A stretch of DNA of 64,000 nucleotides from Candidatus Hydrogenedentota bacterium (GTDB lineage Bacteria > Hydrogenedentota > Hydrogenedentia > Hydrogenedentales > SLHB01). Positions within the stretch are counted from its first letter, which is position 1; every line of letters begins with the position of its first letter. The position numbers and the translations under genes are program-made. The stretch is taken from positions 32,001 through 96,000 of the forward strand of contig BTVY01000017.1 in the NCBI GenBank assembly GCA_045863335.1. Direction: 5' to 3'. Under the pieces are notes generated by a model. The model made no database searches and was not told the DNA's origin. It was given only the letters and a program-made list of their open reading frames with translations. Positions 1 through 12,642 of the stretch are shown piece by piece.

Positions 1-421
1 TCACCTCGTCGCCTTGGGACAGAACGAAACCGCCGCGAAGTACAGCGGCATCCGAACCGATGGAGTCATCATCGTCTCCTACGTGTTCTGTTCGCTGCTC
101 GCGGGACTGGGCGGAATTCTGTTCGCGCTCGACGTGAACTCCATTCAACCGTCCGGTCTTGGCGAATTCTACGAGCTTTACGCCATCGCGGCGGCGGTGT
201 TGGGTGGGTGCAGCTTGCGCGGCGGCGAAGGATCAATCGTGGGAGTCGTCATCGGTGCGGCCGTCATGCGCGTGCTGTACAACGCCATCAACATCCTCCA
301 CATTCCGACCCACCTGGAGTTCGCCATCATCGGCGCGGTGATTTTGACCGGTGTGATTGTCGACGAAGTGGTAAAACGCGTCGTTGCGAAGCGGCGCGCG
401 CGGATGGAAGCCGCAGCCTGA
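1..421 (+). CDS. Sugar (ribose/xylose-type) ABC transporter permease, 5'-partial
   Basis: Frame is open from base 2. Motifs LGQNETAAKYSGI and YELYAIAAAVLGGCSLRGGEGS are typical of RbsC-type permeases. Confidence 0.9.
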   Translation, partial: HLVALGQNETAAKYSGIRTDGVIIVSYVFCSLLAGLGGILFALDVNSIQPSGLGEFYELYAIAAAVLGGCSLRGGEGSIVGVVIGAAVMRVLYNAINILHIPTHLEFAIIGAVILTGVIVDEVVKRVVAKRRARMEAAA

Positions 422-423
422 CG

Positions 424-1872
424 CTACACAAGCAACTTGTGCAACACGTTGCCCGCGACATCGGTCAAACGAAAATCGCGGCCCTTGAACCGGTAGGTCA
501 GTTTCAGGTGATCGATTCCAAGCAGGTGCAGCACCGTCGCCTGAATGTCGTGAACGTGAACCGGATCTTCCGTGGGGGAGAATCCAAGCTCGTCGGTCTC
601 TCCCAAGGTGAATCCTGCTTTCACACCACCGCCCGCCATCCACATGGTCGAGCATTCGATGTGATGGTTCCGCCCTACCGTATCGCGCACTTCGCCCATG
701 GGCGTGCGTCCGAACTCGCCGCCCCAGATGACCAGCGTGTCGTCGAGCAGCCCCCGCGCCTTCAAATCCTTGACGAGCGCCGCGCCGCCTTGATCCACGT
801 CAAGACAGACCTCATCCAACGAGTTGGTCAAGTTCTCCGTGTTGCCGCCGTGGTGGTCCCAATTTGTGTGGTAAAGCTGCACGAACCGCACGCCCCGCTC
901 GACCAGACGCCGCGCGAGCAAACAGTTGTACGCAAACGAGGGCTTGCCCGGTTCGATACCATACAAGTCCAGTGTCGCTTGCGTTTCCTGGGAAAGATCC
1001 ATCAGTTCCGGCGCGCTGCTCTGCATGCGATAGGCCATCTCGTACGACGAAATACGCGTGGCAATCTCTGAATCGCCGGTTACGTCCAGATGCTCCCGGT
1101 TGAGCTGATTGACCGCGTCGATGATGCGGCGCTGATCCGCGTCGTCCACGCCTTCGGGCCGGCTGAGATTGAGGATCGGATCGCCCGTGGAGCGGAACGG
1201 CACGCCCTGATGGGCGGAGGGCAGAAAGCCGCTGCCCCAGAGCGGCGCGCCACCTCGGGGTCCGCGGGGTCCGCTCTGCAAGACCACGAACCCCGGCAGG
1301 TCGTTCGACTCGCTGCCGATCCCGTAAGTGACCCAGGAACCCATGCTCGGACGCCCGAATTGCGCCGAGCCGGTGTTCATGAAGATCTTGGCCGGCGCGT
1401 GGTTCGGCACGTCGGTGGCCACGGTCTTGATAAAGGACACATCGTCGACAATACCGGCCGTGTGAGGAAAACACTCCGACACCCACGCGCCGCATTGTCC
1501 GTGTTGCGCGAACTTGCGCACCGTACCGAGCAGTTTCGGCTTCTCTTTGGTAAACGTGTCCATGAAGGCGAAGCGCTTGCCTTCGAGGTACGATTCCGGG
1601 ATGGGTTGATCGTTGTACTTCTGCAATTGCGGTTTGTAGTCGAACAACTCCAACTGGCTCGGTCCGCCCGCCATGAAGAGAAAGATCACGTTCTTCGCGC
1701 GCGCGGGGAGATGCCCCGTCTTCACGGCCAGCGGGTTGACCTCCGCAGCGGAAGCGAGCCCCGGCCCCATCAACGACCCCAGGGCGATCGACGCCAGTCC
1801 CACGCCGCATTGCTGGAAGAAGTGACGCCGGGTGACCTCATGCAACAGTTTTTCGGGTGCCTTCCTTTGCAT
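424..1872 (-). CDS. DUF1501 domain-containing protein (Tat-exported, sulfatase-like fold)
   Basis: TRRHFF Tat motif; NVIFLFMAGGPSQLELFDYKP, GRPSMGSWVTYGIG, WDHHG, GEFGRTP; paired with a DUF1553 gene. Confidence 0.92.
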   Translation of the reverse strand: MQRKAPEKLLHEVTRRHFFQQCGVGLASIALGSLMGPGLASAAEVNPLAVKTGHLPARAKNVIFLFMAGGPSQLELFDYKPQLQKYNDQPIPESYLEGKRFAFMDTFTKEKPKLLGTVRKFAQHGQCGAWVSECFPHTAGIVDDVSFIKTVATDVPNHAPAKIFMNTGSAQFGRPSMGSWVTYGIGSESNDLPGFVVLQSGPRGPRGGAPLWGSGFLPSAHQGVPFRSTGDPILNLSRPEGVDDADQRRIIDAVNQLNREHLDVTGDSEIATRISSYEMAYRMQSSAPELMDLSQETQATLDLYGIEPGKPSFAYNCLLARRLVERGVRFVQLYHTNWDHHGGNTENLTNSLDEVCLDVDQGGAALVKDLKARGLLDDTLVIWGGEFGRTPMGEVRDTVGRNHHIECSTMWMAGGGVKAGFTLGETDELGFSPTEDPVHVHDIQATVLHLLGIDHLKLTYRFKGRDFRLTDVAGNVLHKLLV

Positions 1873-1889
1873 ACTGGAGTTCGTCTCCC

Positions 1890-4493
1890 TTACTCGCGCG
1901 TGATGAATTCGTCCAGGTTCAACAGCGTCCGCGCTACTGCCAACCAGGGGTCGCGGCCCTCGTCGGTTTGCCGGTCCATCAACTGCGCCACGATCTGCTG
2001 TTCGCGGGTGCTGGGCTCTCTGCCAAGGCTCACTTCGAAGGCGTAGTCGATGGACGCTTCGCGAGCGTCAGCGTTCTGTTCGGCAATGCGTTTTGCCAGC
2101 GCCTTGGCCACCTCGAAGAAGGCTTGATCGTTCAGCAGGGTCAACGCCTGCAACGGCGTATTCGAACGCGTGCGGCGCGTGCACGCCATCATCGCGTTCG
2201 GCGCGTCGAAGACCATCAACGACGGATACGGCGTCGCGCGCCAGAAGTAGGTGTACATGCCGCGGCGGTAGCGGTCCCCACCCTCGCTCACGTCCCAGGG
2301 CCGATTGCGCTGTCCCAGCGACATGACCCCATCCGGTTGGGGCGGATGCACGCCCGGGCCGCCAATCCTCGGATCGAGCAGCGCGGATACCTGGAGTCCA
2401 GCGTCGCGGATAATCTCCGCGTCCAACCGTACGCGGGACTGACGGGCCAGCCAGCGGTTCGTGGGGTCGATTTCATCCAAATCATCCCGCGCGGTCGAAG
2501 CTTGGCGGTACGTTGCGGAGGTGACCATTGTGCGGAGAATGCTCTTCACGCCCCAGCCTTGTTCCACGAACTCCGTCGCGAGCCAGTCCAGCAACTCCGG
2601 ATGCGTCGGCGGCGTGCCCTGCGTGCCGAAGTCATTCTCGGTTTCGACAATGCCACGGCCGAAGAGGCGCTGCCAGAACCGGTTTACTGTAACCCGGGCG
2701 GTCAGCGGATTCTCCGGCGCCATCAACCACGCCGCCAGATCGAGCCGGGTCGCAGGTTTGGAGCCCTCGTAGGGATGAAGTACTGCAAGCGTCCCCGGCG
2801 TAACCGGATCGCCGTGCCGCGTGAAGTCGCCTTGGACGTGGACCGTCGTTTCGCGCGGCTCCGTGCGCTGCCGTAGCACCATCGTTTTCGTGATGGTCGG
2901 CGCCTCTTTCTTTGCTGCGTCGAGCTCCCCCGCCAGACGCAGATACTCTGCGTCGGTCTTCTTGAACGCTTCCTGAACGAGCTTGATATGCTCTTCGGAT
3001 CGCTCCGGCGCCGCAACACCCAAGGCGGCGCGTTCCTCGTCGCTGAGCTTCGCGCGCTGCGCTTCGGTCAACGTAGCTTCCCACGTCGTATCGCCCCGCT
3101 CCAGCGTTTCCGCGAGATAGGCGTCCAACTCCTGCTGCAAACCCGCGACGGCGGCGTTCACTTCCGCGCGTTTTTCGGTCTGTTCGGGCGTTGGCAGTTC
3201 CAGATCGACTTCGTCGTCGTTATTGAAGAACGCGAAAAACCGGTAGTACTCCGTTTGCGTAATCGGGTCGTATTTGTGCGTGTGGCACTCCGCGCAACCC
3301 ATGGTCAGTCCCAGCAGCACGGAACCTGTCGTATTCACGCGATCGACGACCGCCTCGACGCGGAACTCTTCCACGTCGATTCCGCCTTCCTGATTGATCA
3401 TGGTGTTGCGGTGAAAGCCCGTCGCCACCTTCTGGTCCCGCGTGGAGTCGGGCAGCAAATCGCCCGCGAGTTGCTCCGTGACGAACCGATCGAAAGGCAT
3501 ATCCTGGTTGAACGCGTTGATGACCCAATCGCGATAGGGCCAGATCGTGCGAGGTCCGTCGATGCTGTACCCATTGGAATCCGCATACCGCGCCGCATCC
3601 AGCCAGTGGCGTCCCCAGCGCTCGCCGAAGTGGGGGGAGGCCAGCAACTCGTCCACGAAGCGCTCGTAGGCATCGGGACGATTGTCGCGCAGAAACGCAT
3701 CCACCTGTTCAACGGTTGGTGGGAGCCCAATCAAATCCAGGTAAGCGCGCCGAATCAGCGTGCGCCGATCCGCTTCCGCAGACGGCCGCACCTCCAAATC
3801 ATCCAGCTTTGCGAGAATGAAGTAGTCGATAGCATTGCGCGGCCACGCAGGATTGGACACCTCCGGAAGCTCAGGAGGCACCGGCGGCACGAAAGCCCAG
3901 TGCTTCTCATAGTGCGCGCCCTCGTCGATCCACGTGCCCAATGTTTCGATCGCTTCCGGCGTCAAGGAATGGTTGGATTCGGGAGGCGGCATGATATCGT
4001 TGGGGTCTTCCGCCGTGATGCGCGCGAACAATACGCTTGCCGTGCGGTCTCCGGGGACTACTGCCGCATTGCCCGATTTCAGCGTTGCCACCGCGCCTTC
4101 CGGCAGGTCCAGTCGCAGTCCCGCTTTGCGCTGTCCTTCGTCAGGGCCGTGACACGCGAAGCAGTTCTCCGACAGGATGGGTTTGACGTCCCGGTCGAAG
4201 CGCACGGTAAGATCCGCCGCGTCCGTCGATTGACGCGTTGCAGCTTCTTGCGATCGCAGCTCATTGATCTGCCGCTCGATGGCGCCGCGCAGTTCATTCC
4301 GCAGCGCGGAATCCTGCTGCGCCCGTTCGAGGGTGCCAATTAACGAGTCCGCGGCTTGCTCCGGATCGATCGGGTCGGCGCTTACCAACGGCACCGATAG
4401 CAACGAAAAGAACACGGTGGCCGTCATGCCGAAGAAGGATCGCCCAATTCGACGGGACAGAGCAGTAACGCTATGGATACGATGTCGTCGCAT
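1890..4493 (-). CDS. Planctomycete cytochrome c / DUF1549 / DUF1553 (PSD1) protein
   Basis: ENCFACHGPD heme motif, HWAFVPP, GERWGRHWLDAARYADS, CAECHTHKYDPI, TPLQALTLLND. Start codon uncertain. Confidence 0.92.
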   Translation of the reverse strand: MRRHRIHSVTALSRRIGRSFFGMTATVFFSLLSVPLVSADPIDPEQAADSLIGTLERAQQDSALRNELRGAIERQINELRSQEAATRQSTDAADLTVRFDRDVKPILSENCFACHGPDEGQRKAGLRLDLPEGAVATLKSGNAAVVPGDRTASVLFARITAEDPNDIMPPPESNHSLTPEAIETLGTWIDEGAHYEKHWAFVPPVPPELPEVSNPAWPRNAIDYFILAKLDDLEVRPSAEADRRTLIRRAYLDLIGLPPTVEQVDAFLRDNRPDAYERFVDELLASPHFGERWGRHWLDAARYADSNGYSIDGPRTIWPYRDWVINAFNQDMPFDRFVTEQLAGDLLPDSTRDQKVATGFHRNTMINQEGGIDVEEFRVEAVVDRVNTTGSVLLGLTMGCAECHTHKYDPITQTEYYRFFAFFNNDDEVDLELPTPEQTEKRAEVNAAVAGLQQELDAYLAETLERGDTTWEATLTEAQRAKLSDEERAALGVAAPERSEEHIKLVQEAFKKTDAEYLRLAGELDAAKKEAPTITKTMVLRQRTEPRETTVHVQGDFTRHGDPVTPGTLAVLHPYEGSKPATRLDLAAWLMAPENPLTARVTVNRFWQRLFGRGIVETENDFGTQGTPPTHPELLDWLATEFVEQGWGVKSILRTMVTSATYRQASTARDDLDEIDPTNRWLARQSRVRLDAEIIRDAGLQVSALLDPRIGGPGVHPPQPDGVMSLGQRNRPWDVSEGGDRYRRGMYTYFWRATPYPSLMVFDAPNAMMACTRRTRSNTPLQALTLLNDQAFFEVAKALAKRIAEQNADAREASIDYAFEVSLGREPSTREQQIVAQLMDRQTDEGRDPWLAVARTLLNLDEFITRE

Positions 4494-4594
4494 GCAGCTT
4501 GCTTCGCGCCCATTGGGGGCGGGTTCACCAAAAGCCTTCGCTGCATCCTACCATGAAACGGGCGAAGCGCCCAAGCGGCCATAGCGCGGAGCGG

Positions 4595-4873
4595 TTACTC
4601 GGAAGTGTCCGATTCGAGAATTCGCGCCAGGTACTCCGGCGTAAATTCCCTGTAGCGCGGGTGTGTCATGAAAATTCGCTGCATCTCGACGAGCCCGCTG
4701 GTGGTCCGCGGCGGGCCATCGTAAGATTCCGCAAGTTGTAGCAAGGCATCGACATGCCGCCAGTCGTAGAGCATCCCGCGCAACTTTTCGCGGCGAAGGC
4801 GTTCCAGTTCCTCGCCGGTCTCCTTCCAGCGCCGCACCAGTTCCCGCTGTTCTTCATGGCTGGGATGCTTCAC
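4595..4873 (-). CDS. Small hypothetical protein, possibly antitoxin-like
   Basis: 92-aa charged helical ORF with WKETGEELERLRRE and SGLVEMQRIF; fills the intergenic gap. Confidence 0.6.
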   Translation of the reverse strand: MKHPSHEEQRELVRRWKETGEELERLRREKLRGMLYDWRHVDALLQLAESYDGPPRTTSGLVEMQRIFMTHPRYREFTPEYLARILESDTSE

Positions 4874-5037
4874 GGATTTTCCTCGAGTAACTCATGCCAG
4901 AACGTCGAATACTCTTCCATTCTACACCGCCAGCGCCCCGAGGGGAGTTAATCGAATTCCCGCGCGTTCCTGCGGATGATTTCTTCAGGGCGGCGCCACT
5001 ACAATAAAATCGACATCTTGATACGCGAGGCCAAGTC

Positions 5038-5439
5038 ATGGATGAGCACGAAAAAGCGGCATTGAACTCCGGTCTACCTGGAGAGCCTCCACGAATCGAC
5101 GCGGGTTCCATGATGGCCTGCGGCGCCTGCGGACGCGTGATCCATGCGGGCGACAGCTTCTGCCGGTATTGCGGGAAACCGCAGGTACAGAAGAAAGCCA
5201 GGACCAGATGGTACTACGAACCCGTCTGGATTCTGATCCTGGGTTTCGCAGTGATTGGTCCCTTGGTGCTGCCGCTCGTGTTCAAGTCGCCGAAGCTCAG
5301 CCGAGGGGCGAAGTGGGGGATTTCCGTCGCGGTGATACTGTATACCCTGGTGACCGTATACTTTGGCTACGTCCTGATCGCGATAATCTGGAGTTACATC
5401 AGCGAATTCAACTCGCAGGTTGATTCAATCTATCGGTAA
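5038..5439 (+). CDS. Zinc-ribbon membrane protein
   Basis: CGACG...FCRYCG double CxxC followed by two hydrophobic helices. Confidence 0.8.
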   Translation: MDEHEKAALNSGLPGEPPRIDAGSMMACGACGRVIHAGDSFCRYCGKPQVQKKARTRWYYEPVWILILGFAVIGPLVLPLVFKSPKLSRGAKWGISVAVILYTLVTVYFGYVLIAIIWSYISEFNSQVDSIYR

Positions 5440-5457
5440 GGTCGTCTTGCATTGCGC

Positions 5458-7170
<1,713 letters not shown>

Positions 7171-7920
7171 TTACTTGGACGCGGCCGCTTGCTTCGCAAC
7201 GGCCTCGGCGGCCTTCGCCGCGGCTTCAGGATCGCCGAGATACGTGTGGCAAATCGGTTTCAAATCCTTGTCCAGTTCGTACAGCAGCGGAATGCCAGTC
7301 GGAATGTTGAGTTCAAGAATCTCGGCTTCGGACATGTTGTCAAGATGCTTGACCAGCGCGCGCAGGCTGTTGCCATGCGCCACAATGATCACACGCTTCC
7401 CCGCCTTTACCTGCGGCGCGATGGTCTCCTGCCAGTAGGGCACGAAGCGCGCAACGGTGTCCTTCAGGCTCTCCGTCAGCGGCAATTCGTCCTTCGTGAG
7501 ATCCGCATAACGCCGATCCTTGCCTGGATACCGGTCGTCCGTCTCTTCCAGCGGAGGGGGCGGCGTGTCGTAGGAGCGACGCCAAATCTTGACCTGCTCC
7601 GCGCCGTGTTTCTCGGCGGTCTCGGCCTTATTCAACCCCTGAAGTCCGCCATAATGCCGCTCGTTCAAGCGCCAATGGCGAATGACCGGCAACCACATCT
7701 GGTCCAGTTCGTCGAGCGTAAGCCACATGGTACGAATGGCGCGCTTCAGCACGGACGTGTAAACAAGGTCGAATTCATAGCCTTCTTCACGCAACAGCTT
7801 GCCTGCCGCGCGCGCTTCCTCGATACCTTGCTCGCTCAAATCGACGTCCGTCCAGCCGGTGAAACGGTTCTCGAGGTTCCACGTGCTCTGGCCGTGCCGC
7901 AACAGAATGATCTTGTACAT
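7171..7920 (-). CDS. gpmA: 2,3-bisphosphoglycerate-dependent phosphoglycerate mutase
   Basis: [30 protein letters not shown]. Confidence 0.98.
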   Translation of the reverse strand: MYKIILLRHGQSTWNLENRFTGWTDVDLSEQGIEEARAAGKLLREEGYEFDLVYTSVLKRAIRTMWLTLDELDQMWLPVIRHWRLNERHYGGLQGLNKAETAEKHGAEQVKIWRRSYDTPPPPLEETDDRYPGKDRRYADLTKDELPLTESLKDTVARFVPYWQETIAPQVKAGKRVIIVAHGNSLRALVKHLDNMSEAEILELNIPTGIPLLYELDKDLKPICHTYLGDPEAAAKAAEAVAKQAAASK

Positions 7921-8129
7921 AATTCGCTCCTAATCGTGGGCTTGGTGTTTCGCGAGTCCGGCGGGCGAAGCAGCGCCCGTTGTGCAAGCAACGCCTTGCG
8001 GCGGCCGACAACGCCGGATTTGCGCCCCTGAGTTGCTCACCGTCGTGTTTCAGGTCTCAGCCGACCTGCACAGACTATAGAATATCACAATCGCGAATCC
8101 CGCTTCCTCAATGAATCTCGCCCGGGAAA

Positions 8130-9137
8130 CTACGGGCCACCGATCGACAGACGCACCAGCCGCATCTGATTGAGCGGGCCGATGCCTGGCGTTTGCCCAA
8201 ATGCGGATTGGGCAAAGAAGACCATGAGATCCCCATTCTCCGCTTCGACCAGGGACGTGTAGTGGCACCCGGGCCCCCTGTAAAGCGTAATCGGCGCACT
8301 CCAGCCATGGCCGGTGCCATCGGCGGATAGCATCAAATCCACGTTGGGCCGGCCGTAGCTGAGCGCGAGCATGCCGTTGCTTAACAGGAGCAAATCCGGA
8401 TCCACGCCGTGATCGGCCACGGCCACCGGGTCTGACCAGGTCCGGCCGTCGTCGGTCGAACGCGTCAGATGCAACGGCCCGCCCACGCGCATGGCGCATA
8501 GCAAGTCCCCGTTTGCAAGACGCGCCAAAGCCGGTTCGCAAAATCCCTCCGTACCCGCGTCCTCCGAATGGCCGATGAGCGAGCGGAATTGCCACGAACG
8601 CCCGCCGTCCGGGGTCTCAATCAGGACCGACGAGTATTTCTCATGACCTTCCTGATGACCGTAAATCGTGGCGAGCAGGGTTCCGTCCGGCAGTTCAACG
8701 ATACTCCGGTGAAAATGCGGCGGCATAACAAAAGGAAGCGTCAGGCTACCGGCGACCTTTGCGTCAAGCGTTTGGCCGCCGTCCGTGTAAAAGAGCGTGG
8801 TAATAGGGTACGTCCCGTCCGCGGATCGTTCCGGTCCCCAGCAGGACAGATCGACGGCCCTCCCATCGTTCAGGCGCGTTCCCATGCCGCCTACGGCGTC
8901 CTCCCGGGGCGATTCCCAGGTTTCACCGTCATCATTGGAGATGAGCGCCATGCCACGTTCCGTAACGGTGTGGTGCCCTATGGAACAACTCATGGACAGG
9001 AACCCGTCTGGACCGCGGAACACCCAGGGGAAGTTCAAGTGGTCTTCGGATTCAAATACGGTCACGGTCCGAAGTGCCGTGACCTCGGGTTCATCCGCGC
9101 CTGCGGCGCACAGCATCACTACGAGTATTGCTATCAT
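8130..9137 (-). CDS. Exported sialidase-like (BNR/Asp-box) beta-propeller protein
   Basis: Asp-boxes SNDDGETW, TPDGGRSW, STDDGRTW; signal peptide from the ATG at 9137. Confidence 0.8.
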   Translation of the reverse strand: MIAILVVMLCAAGADEPEVTALRTVTVFESEDHLNFPWVFRGPDGFLSMSCSIGHHTVTERGMALISNDDGETWESPREDAVGGMGTRLNDGRAVDLSCWGPERSADGTYPITTLFYTDGGQTLDAKVAGSLTLPFVMPPHFHRSIVELPDGTLLATIYGHQEGHEKYSSVLIETPDGGRSWQFRSLIGHSEDAGTEGFCEPALARLANGDLLCAMRVGGPLHLTRSTDDGRTWSDPVAVADHGVDPDLLLLSNGMLALSYGRPNVDLMLSADGTGHGWSAPITLYRGPGCHYTSLVEAENGDLMVFFAQSAFGQTPGIGPLNQMRLVRLSIGGP

Positions 9138-9318
9138 CGTTGGTTCCCCCGATCGGCGTTGTGATTCTGGCGCACATGGTACCACGTTCAGCCGGATCCG
9201 CGGAGCGGTCGGAGGTGCCTGCATATTGAACGCGTTGCGGCAAACGGGCTACGACAAGCTCTTCGTGGATAGGTTTCAGGATTGAACTTCATGGGTAATC
9301 CATAGGGAGGACAGGGCG

Positions 9319-10149
9319 ATGAGTCCAACACGACGCGAGGCGTTTCGAATCACTGCGGCATCCTTGTGCGGGATGGCCTTCGCCGGGGTGGGCGTTCGCG
9401 CGGACGATCGCGCGGAGCCCGAGATGATTCCCCTCGACTATGGACGGTCCTTCATCTGCAACACGGCAGAGTTCAACTCCGTACGATTCTGGGTGGAGAG
9501 CCGCACGCGGATTATCGACGATGCGGCGGGCACGTGGACGGATTACTACCAGTGCGGTTCCTGCAAGAGCGAGCATACCTTCGCCGAGCGCGATTTGTTC
9601 CAGCAGGACAACTACGATTTCCTGCCCATCCTGGGGAAAGGCGAATGGCTGGTCTTTCGCCGGCCGGTGGGGGAGTTCGACCGGTATCGCACCGTAGCCA
9701 AGACGACGGAGATGTGGGGCGAACCAGTCCTGAAACTGGTGGAAGCCTCGAAGATTTCCGAGTTGGACACGTGGGAAAAAATCCGCGATGCAACGGCCGT
9801 AGCGGCGCCCATCGTCACGCAAACAGAAATCGCGAATGAAGAAACGGGACTGCGCGCCATCATCGAATGCCCGACCAAAACCATGAACGTCAGTCTGGAC
9901 AAGCAGATGTATCAGGTGGACACCGGCCCTGTCGCGTACCCCGATTTGACGAAGCGGCATGAACCGGAGATCGATTGCCTGAGTCTCGCCTTTATTGCGT
10001 TCAATGCGCCGGACTTCGCCGACTTCGTCGTGGAGCAGCTTACGCCGGTCGGCTCCGGCGCGGCGGAGACGTGTAAGGTCTACCATTACTCCGGTCCCTT
10101 CAGTGTCCCGGCGAAGAACCGCGTGTACGCGCTGGAGGGGTTGTCGTGA
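9319..10149 (+). CDS. Tat-exported hypothetical protein with CxxC
   Basis: TRREAF signal, YQCGSCKSEH, GGAGG RBS. Confidence 0.75.
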   Translation: MSPTRREAFRITAASLCGMAFAGVGVRADDRAEPEMIPLDYGRSFICNTAEFNSVRFWVESRTRIIDDAAGTWTDYYQCGSCKSEHTFAERDLFQQDNYDFLPILGKGEWLVFRRPVGEFDRYRTVAKTTEMWGEPVLKLVEASKISELDTWEKIRDATAVAAPIVTQTEIANEETGLRAIIECPTKTMNVSLDKQMYQVDTGPVAYPDLTKRHEPEIDCLSLAFIAFNAPDFADFVVEQLTPVGSGAAETCKVYHYSGPFSVPAKNRVYALEGLS

Positions 10150-11384
10150 TTCGCGGTCTCCTTCTGGCCACGCTGCTTGCGAGCGCGCCCCTCGCCGGTC
10201 ATGCGCAGGAGGAAGGCGCGGTCTCCTTGCCGGGAACGCGTCGCGCGCTGGAAGAGGGGACGGGTCCGGTGCGGATTGTCTGTTTCGGCGATAGCGTGAC
10301 GGGCGTCTATTACCACACCGGCGGGCGTCGTGCGTATGCGGACATGTTGGAAATAGCGCTGCAGCGGCTTTACCCCGACGCAGAAATTGAAGTGGTCAAC
10401 GCGGGCATCAGCGGCCACGCCACGCCAGACGCACTGGCGCGTATCGATACCGACGTGCTCAGCCATCGTCCGCATCTCGTGACGGTCATGTTCGGGCTGA
10501 ACGACATGACGCGCGTGCCCATCGACGAGTATGCCGCGAACCTGAGCGCCATCGCGTCCAGATGCCGCGATGTGGGAGCCGAAGTGCTGTTCTGTACGCC
10601 CAACGCCGTATTCGACACGGAAGGACGCCCGGAATCGGTACTCGAAGAGTACGTGGCGGCAATACATCGCGTGGGCGCGGAAATGCACGTTCCAGTCGCG
10701 GACTGCTTCGCCGCTTTCAAGGCCGTACGAATCGCGGATCGCTTCGCTTTCGCATTGCTTATGAGCGACGAGATTCATCCCAACATGGATGGCCACAAGC
10801 TGTTCGCGGAACTCCTCGCGCAGGCAATCGGTGGACGTGAGGTTTCGCTGGGCGACGTAGGCTATCCGGAGCCCGCCATGCCCAAGACGCGCGCCTTGTT
10901 GCACTCAGGGGAACCGGTCCGGATCTATGCAATGCCGCCCTATGACACACTTGTGCCCGACGCGATCCGTGCCTGCGTTTCTAACGCGCAACTCGAGGTC
11001 ACAGTGTGGCTCGTGGAAGGCAAGAGCCTCTCCGAAATCGAAGCGGATGCGAAGGCGGTTCGCGGGATGGGCGTTGATTTGGTCGTCGTCGCAGTTCCCC
11101 CCGGTGCAAGCGCCGATTCACCCGAACAATTCGTGCGCTCCTATTCCTGGATCATGAACTACGCCCTGAGCTTCGGCCATCAGGAATGGGACGTAATCGC
11201 GTTGCCGCCTTCCCTCGCCACGAGTGAATTGACAGGCGAAGCCGCGGAACATGACCGCCTGGCACAGGGTCTCATCCATTCCCAGGACCTGGGGACGGTC
11301 GTTCGTGCGGCGGCAGACCAAAGGCCAGCGGGCGAGTTGCTGGCGGAGTGGCTGCGCACGCAGATCGCGGATACGGCTAGATAG
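10146..11384 (+). CDS. SGNH/GDSL hydrolase family protein
   Basis: FGDSVT, NAGISG, FGLND and DEIHPN blocks. Confidence 0.9.
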   Translation: MIRGLLLATLLASAPLAGHAQEEGAVSLPGTRRALEEGTGPVRIVCFGDSVTGVYYHTGGRRAYADMLEIALQRLYPDAEIEVVNAGISGHATPDALARIDTDVLSHRPHLVTVMFGLNDMTRVPIDEYAANLSAIASRCRDVGAEVLFCTPNAVFDTEGRPESVLEEYVAAIHRVGAEMHVPVADCFAAFKAVRIADRFAFALLMSDEIHPNMDGHKLFAELLAQAIGGREVSLGDVGYPEPAMPKTRALLHSGEPVRIYAMPPYDTLVPDAIRACVSNAQLEVTVWLVEGKSLSEIEADAKAVRGMGVDLVVVAVPPGASADSPEQFVRSYSWIMNYALSFGHQEWDVIALPPSLATSELTGEAAEHDRLAQGLIHSQDLGTVVRAAADQRPAGELLAEWLRTQIADTAR

Positions 11385-12531
11385 CGTCTTCCATGCCGGC
11401 GTTTTCGCCTTCGAGATCCATCTTCAGCGAAAGAAATTTCAAGAGGTCCTTCAGTGTCACCACGCCCAGTAATTGACCGTTATCTGTCACTAGAAAGCGG
11501 CTGTTGCCGGTTTGATTCATCCGCATCAACGCCTTCATCGCGTCTTCCCGCGGCGAAACCGTGTTGTCCTTGTCGCAGGGTTTGAACACGTCCGCAACGC
11601 GCGTGGCGGCCCATTCTTCCCGTGGAATGTCTTTCACTTCCCGCGTGGTAATGCAGCCCACCAGCTTGCCGTCTTCAACTACCGGAAGCATCTTGTAATG
11701 GTGCCGGTAAATGTAATCTTCGACGAGTTCGGCAACGGAGGTTTGCGTGTCGACATACACGGGCGCGCTGTGCATGAACTTCGCCAGCGGCTCGCCTTCC
11801 AGCGCGCGCCGCACGAGCAATTGGCGGTACGACATCTGGGACGCGCTCCGCATAAACATGCCGATCATGAACCACCACAGTCCACCGATGGGATTTCCTC
11901 CGATGAAGGCGAACACGCCAAGCACGATCAGGCCGGTGCCGAAAAAAGTGCCGATGCCCGACGAGATGCGCGTCGCCCAGCGCAAGTTGTCGCGCGCCGC
12001 CCACAGGGCCGCGCGCAATACCCGGCCGCCGTCGAGAGGAAACGCGGGCACCATGTTGAAGACGGCCAGTATGCCGTTCAGCCAGGCGAGGTACCCCATC
12101 ACGCCGCCAATCGCCGCCATGGCGGGCTGTTGGCGCATGACGACAAATGCGGCCCCGAAAAGCCCGGCGAGCAACACACTCACGATGGGCCCCGCGATGG
12201 CCATGAGAAATTCGGATTTCGCGCTGCGCGGCTCTTCCTCCATCTCCGCCACACCGCCGAAGAGGAAGAGCGTGATGCCGCGGATGGGAATGCCGTACTT
12301 GCGCGCGACTACGGCATGGCCCAGTTCGTGGAGCACGATGGAAACGAAAAGCCCTGCTGCTCCCGCGGCCCCCATAAACCAGTACGCCTGGACGGGCAAG
12401 TCCGGGTACCACTGCGGAAACCAACCCTGGGCCAATGACCACGTGATCAAAATGGCCAGGATAATCCACGTGGCATCGCAATATATTGGAAATCCGAGCA
12501 GGTTAAACAGCTTTGCTCGCTTCGTGAACAT
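11377..12531 (-). CDS. Site-2 protease (M50) with CBS pair
   Basis: HELGH, NMVPAFPLDGGR, C-terminal CBS repeats. Confidence 0.93.
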   Translation of the reverse strand: MFTKRAKLFNLLGFPIYCDATWIILAILITWSLAQGWFPQWYPDLPVQAYWFMGAAGAAGLFVSIVLHELGHAVVARKYGIPIRGITLFLFGGVAEMEEEPRSAKSEFLMAIAGPIVSVLLAGLFGAAFVVMRQQPAMAAIGGVMGYLAWLNGILAVFNMVPAFPLDGGRVLRAALWAARDNLRWATRISSGIGTFFGTGLIVLGVFAFIGGNPIGGLWWFMIGMFMRSASQMSYRQLLVRRALEGEPLAKFMHSAPVYVDTQTSVAELVEDYIYRHHYKMLPVVEDGKLVGCITTREVKDIPREEWAATRVADVFKPCDKDNTVSPREDAMKALMRMNQTGNSRFLVTDNGQLLGVVTLKDLLKFLSLKMDLEGENAGMEDAI

Positions 12532-12642
12532 GTGTATCCATCCTCCGTGCATGCTCGCCCTGGGCAATCCCGGACCAGGCCGTTACCCAGTTAACACAAC
12601 ACGAAGCCCGTTGATTCGCGGTTTTCTATGAGCGCCGTATCG

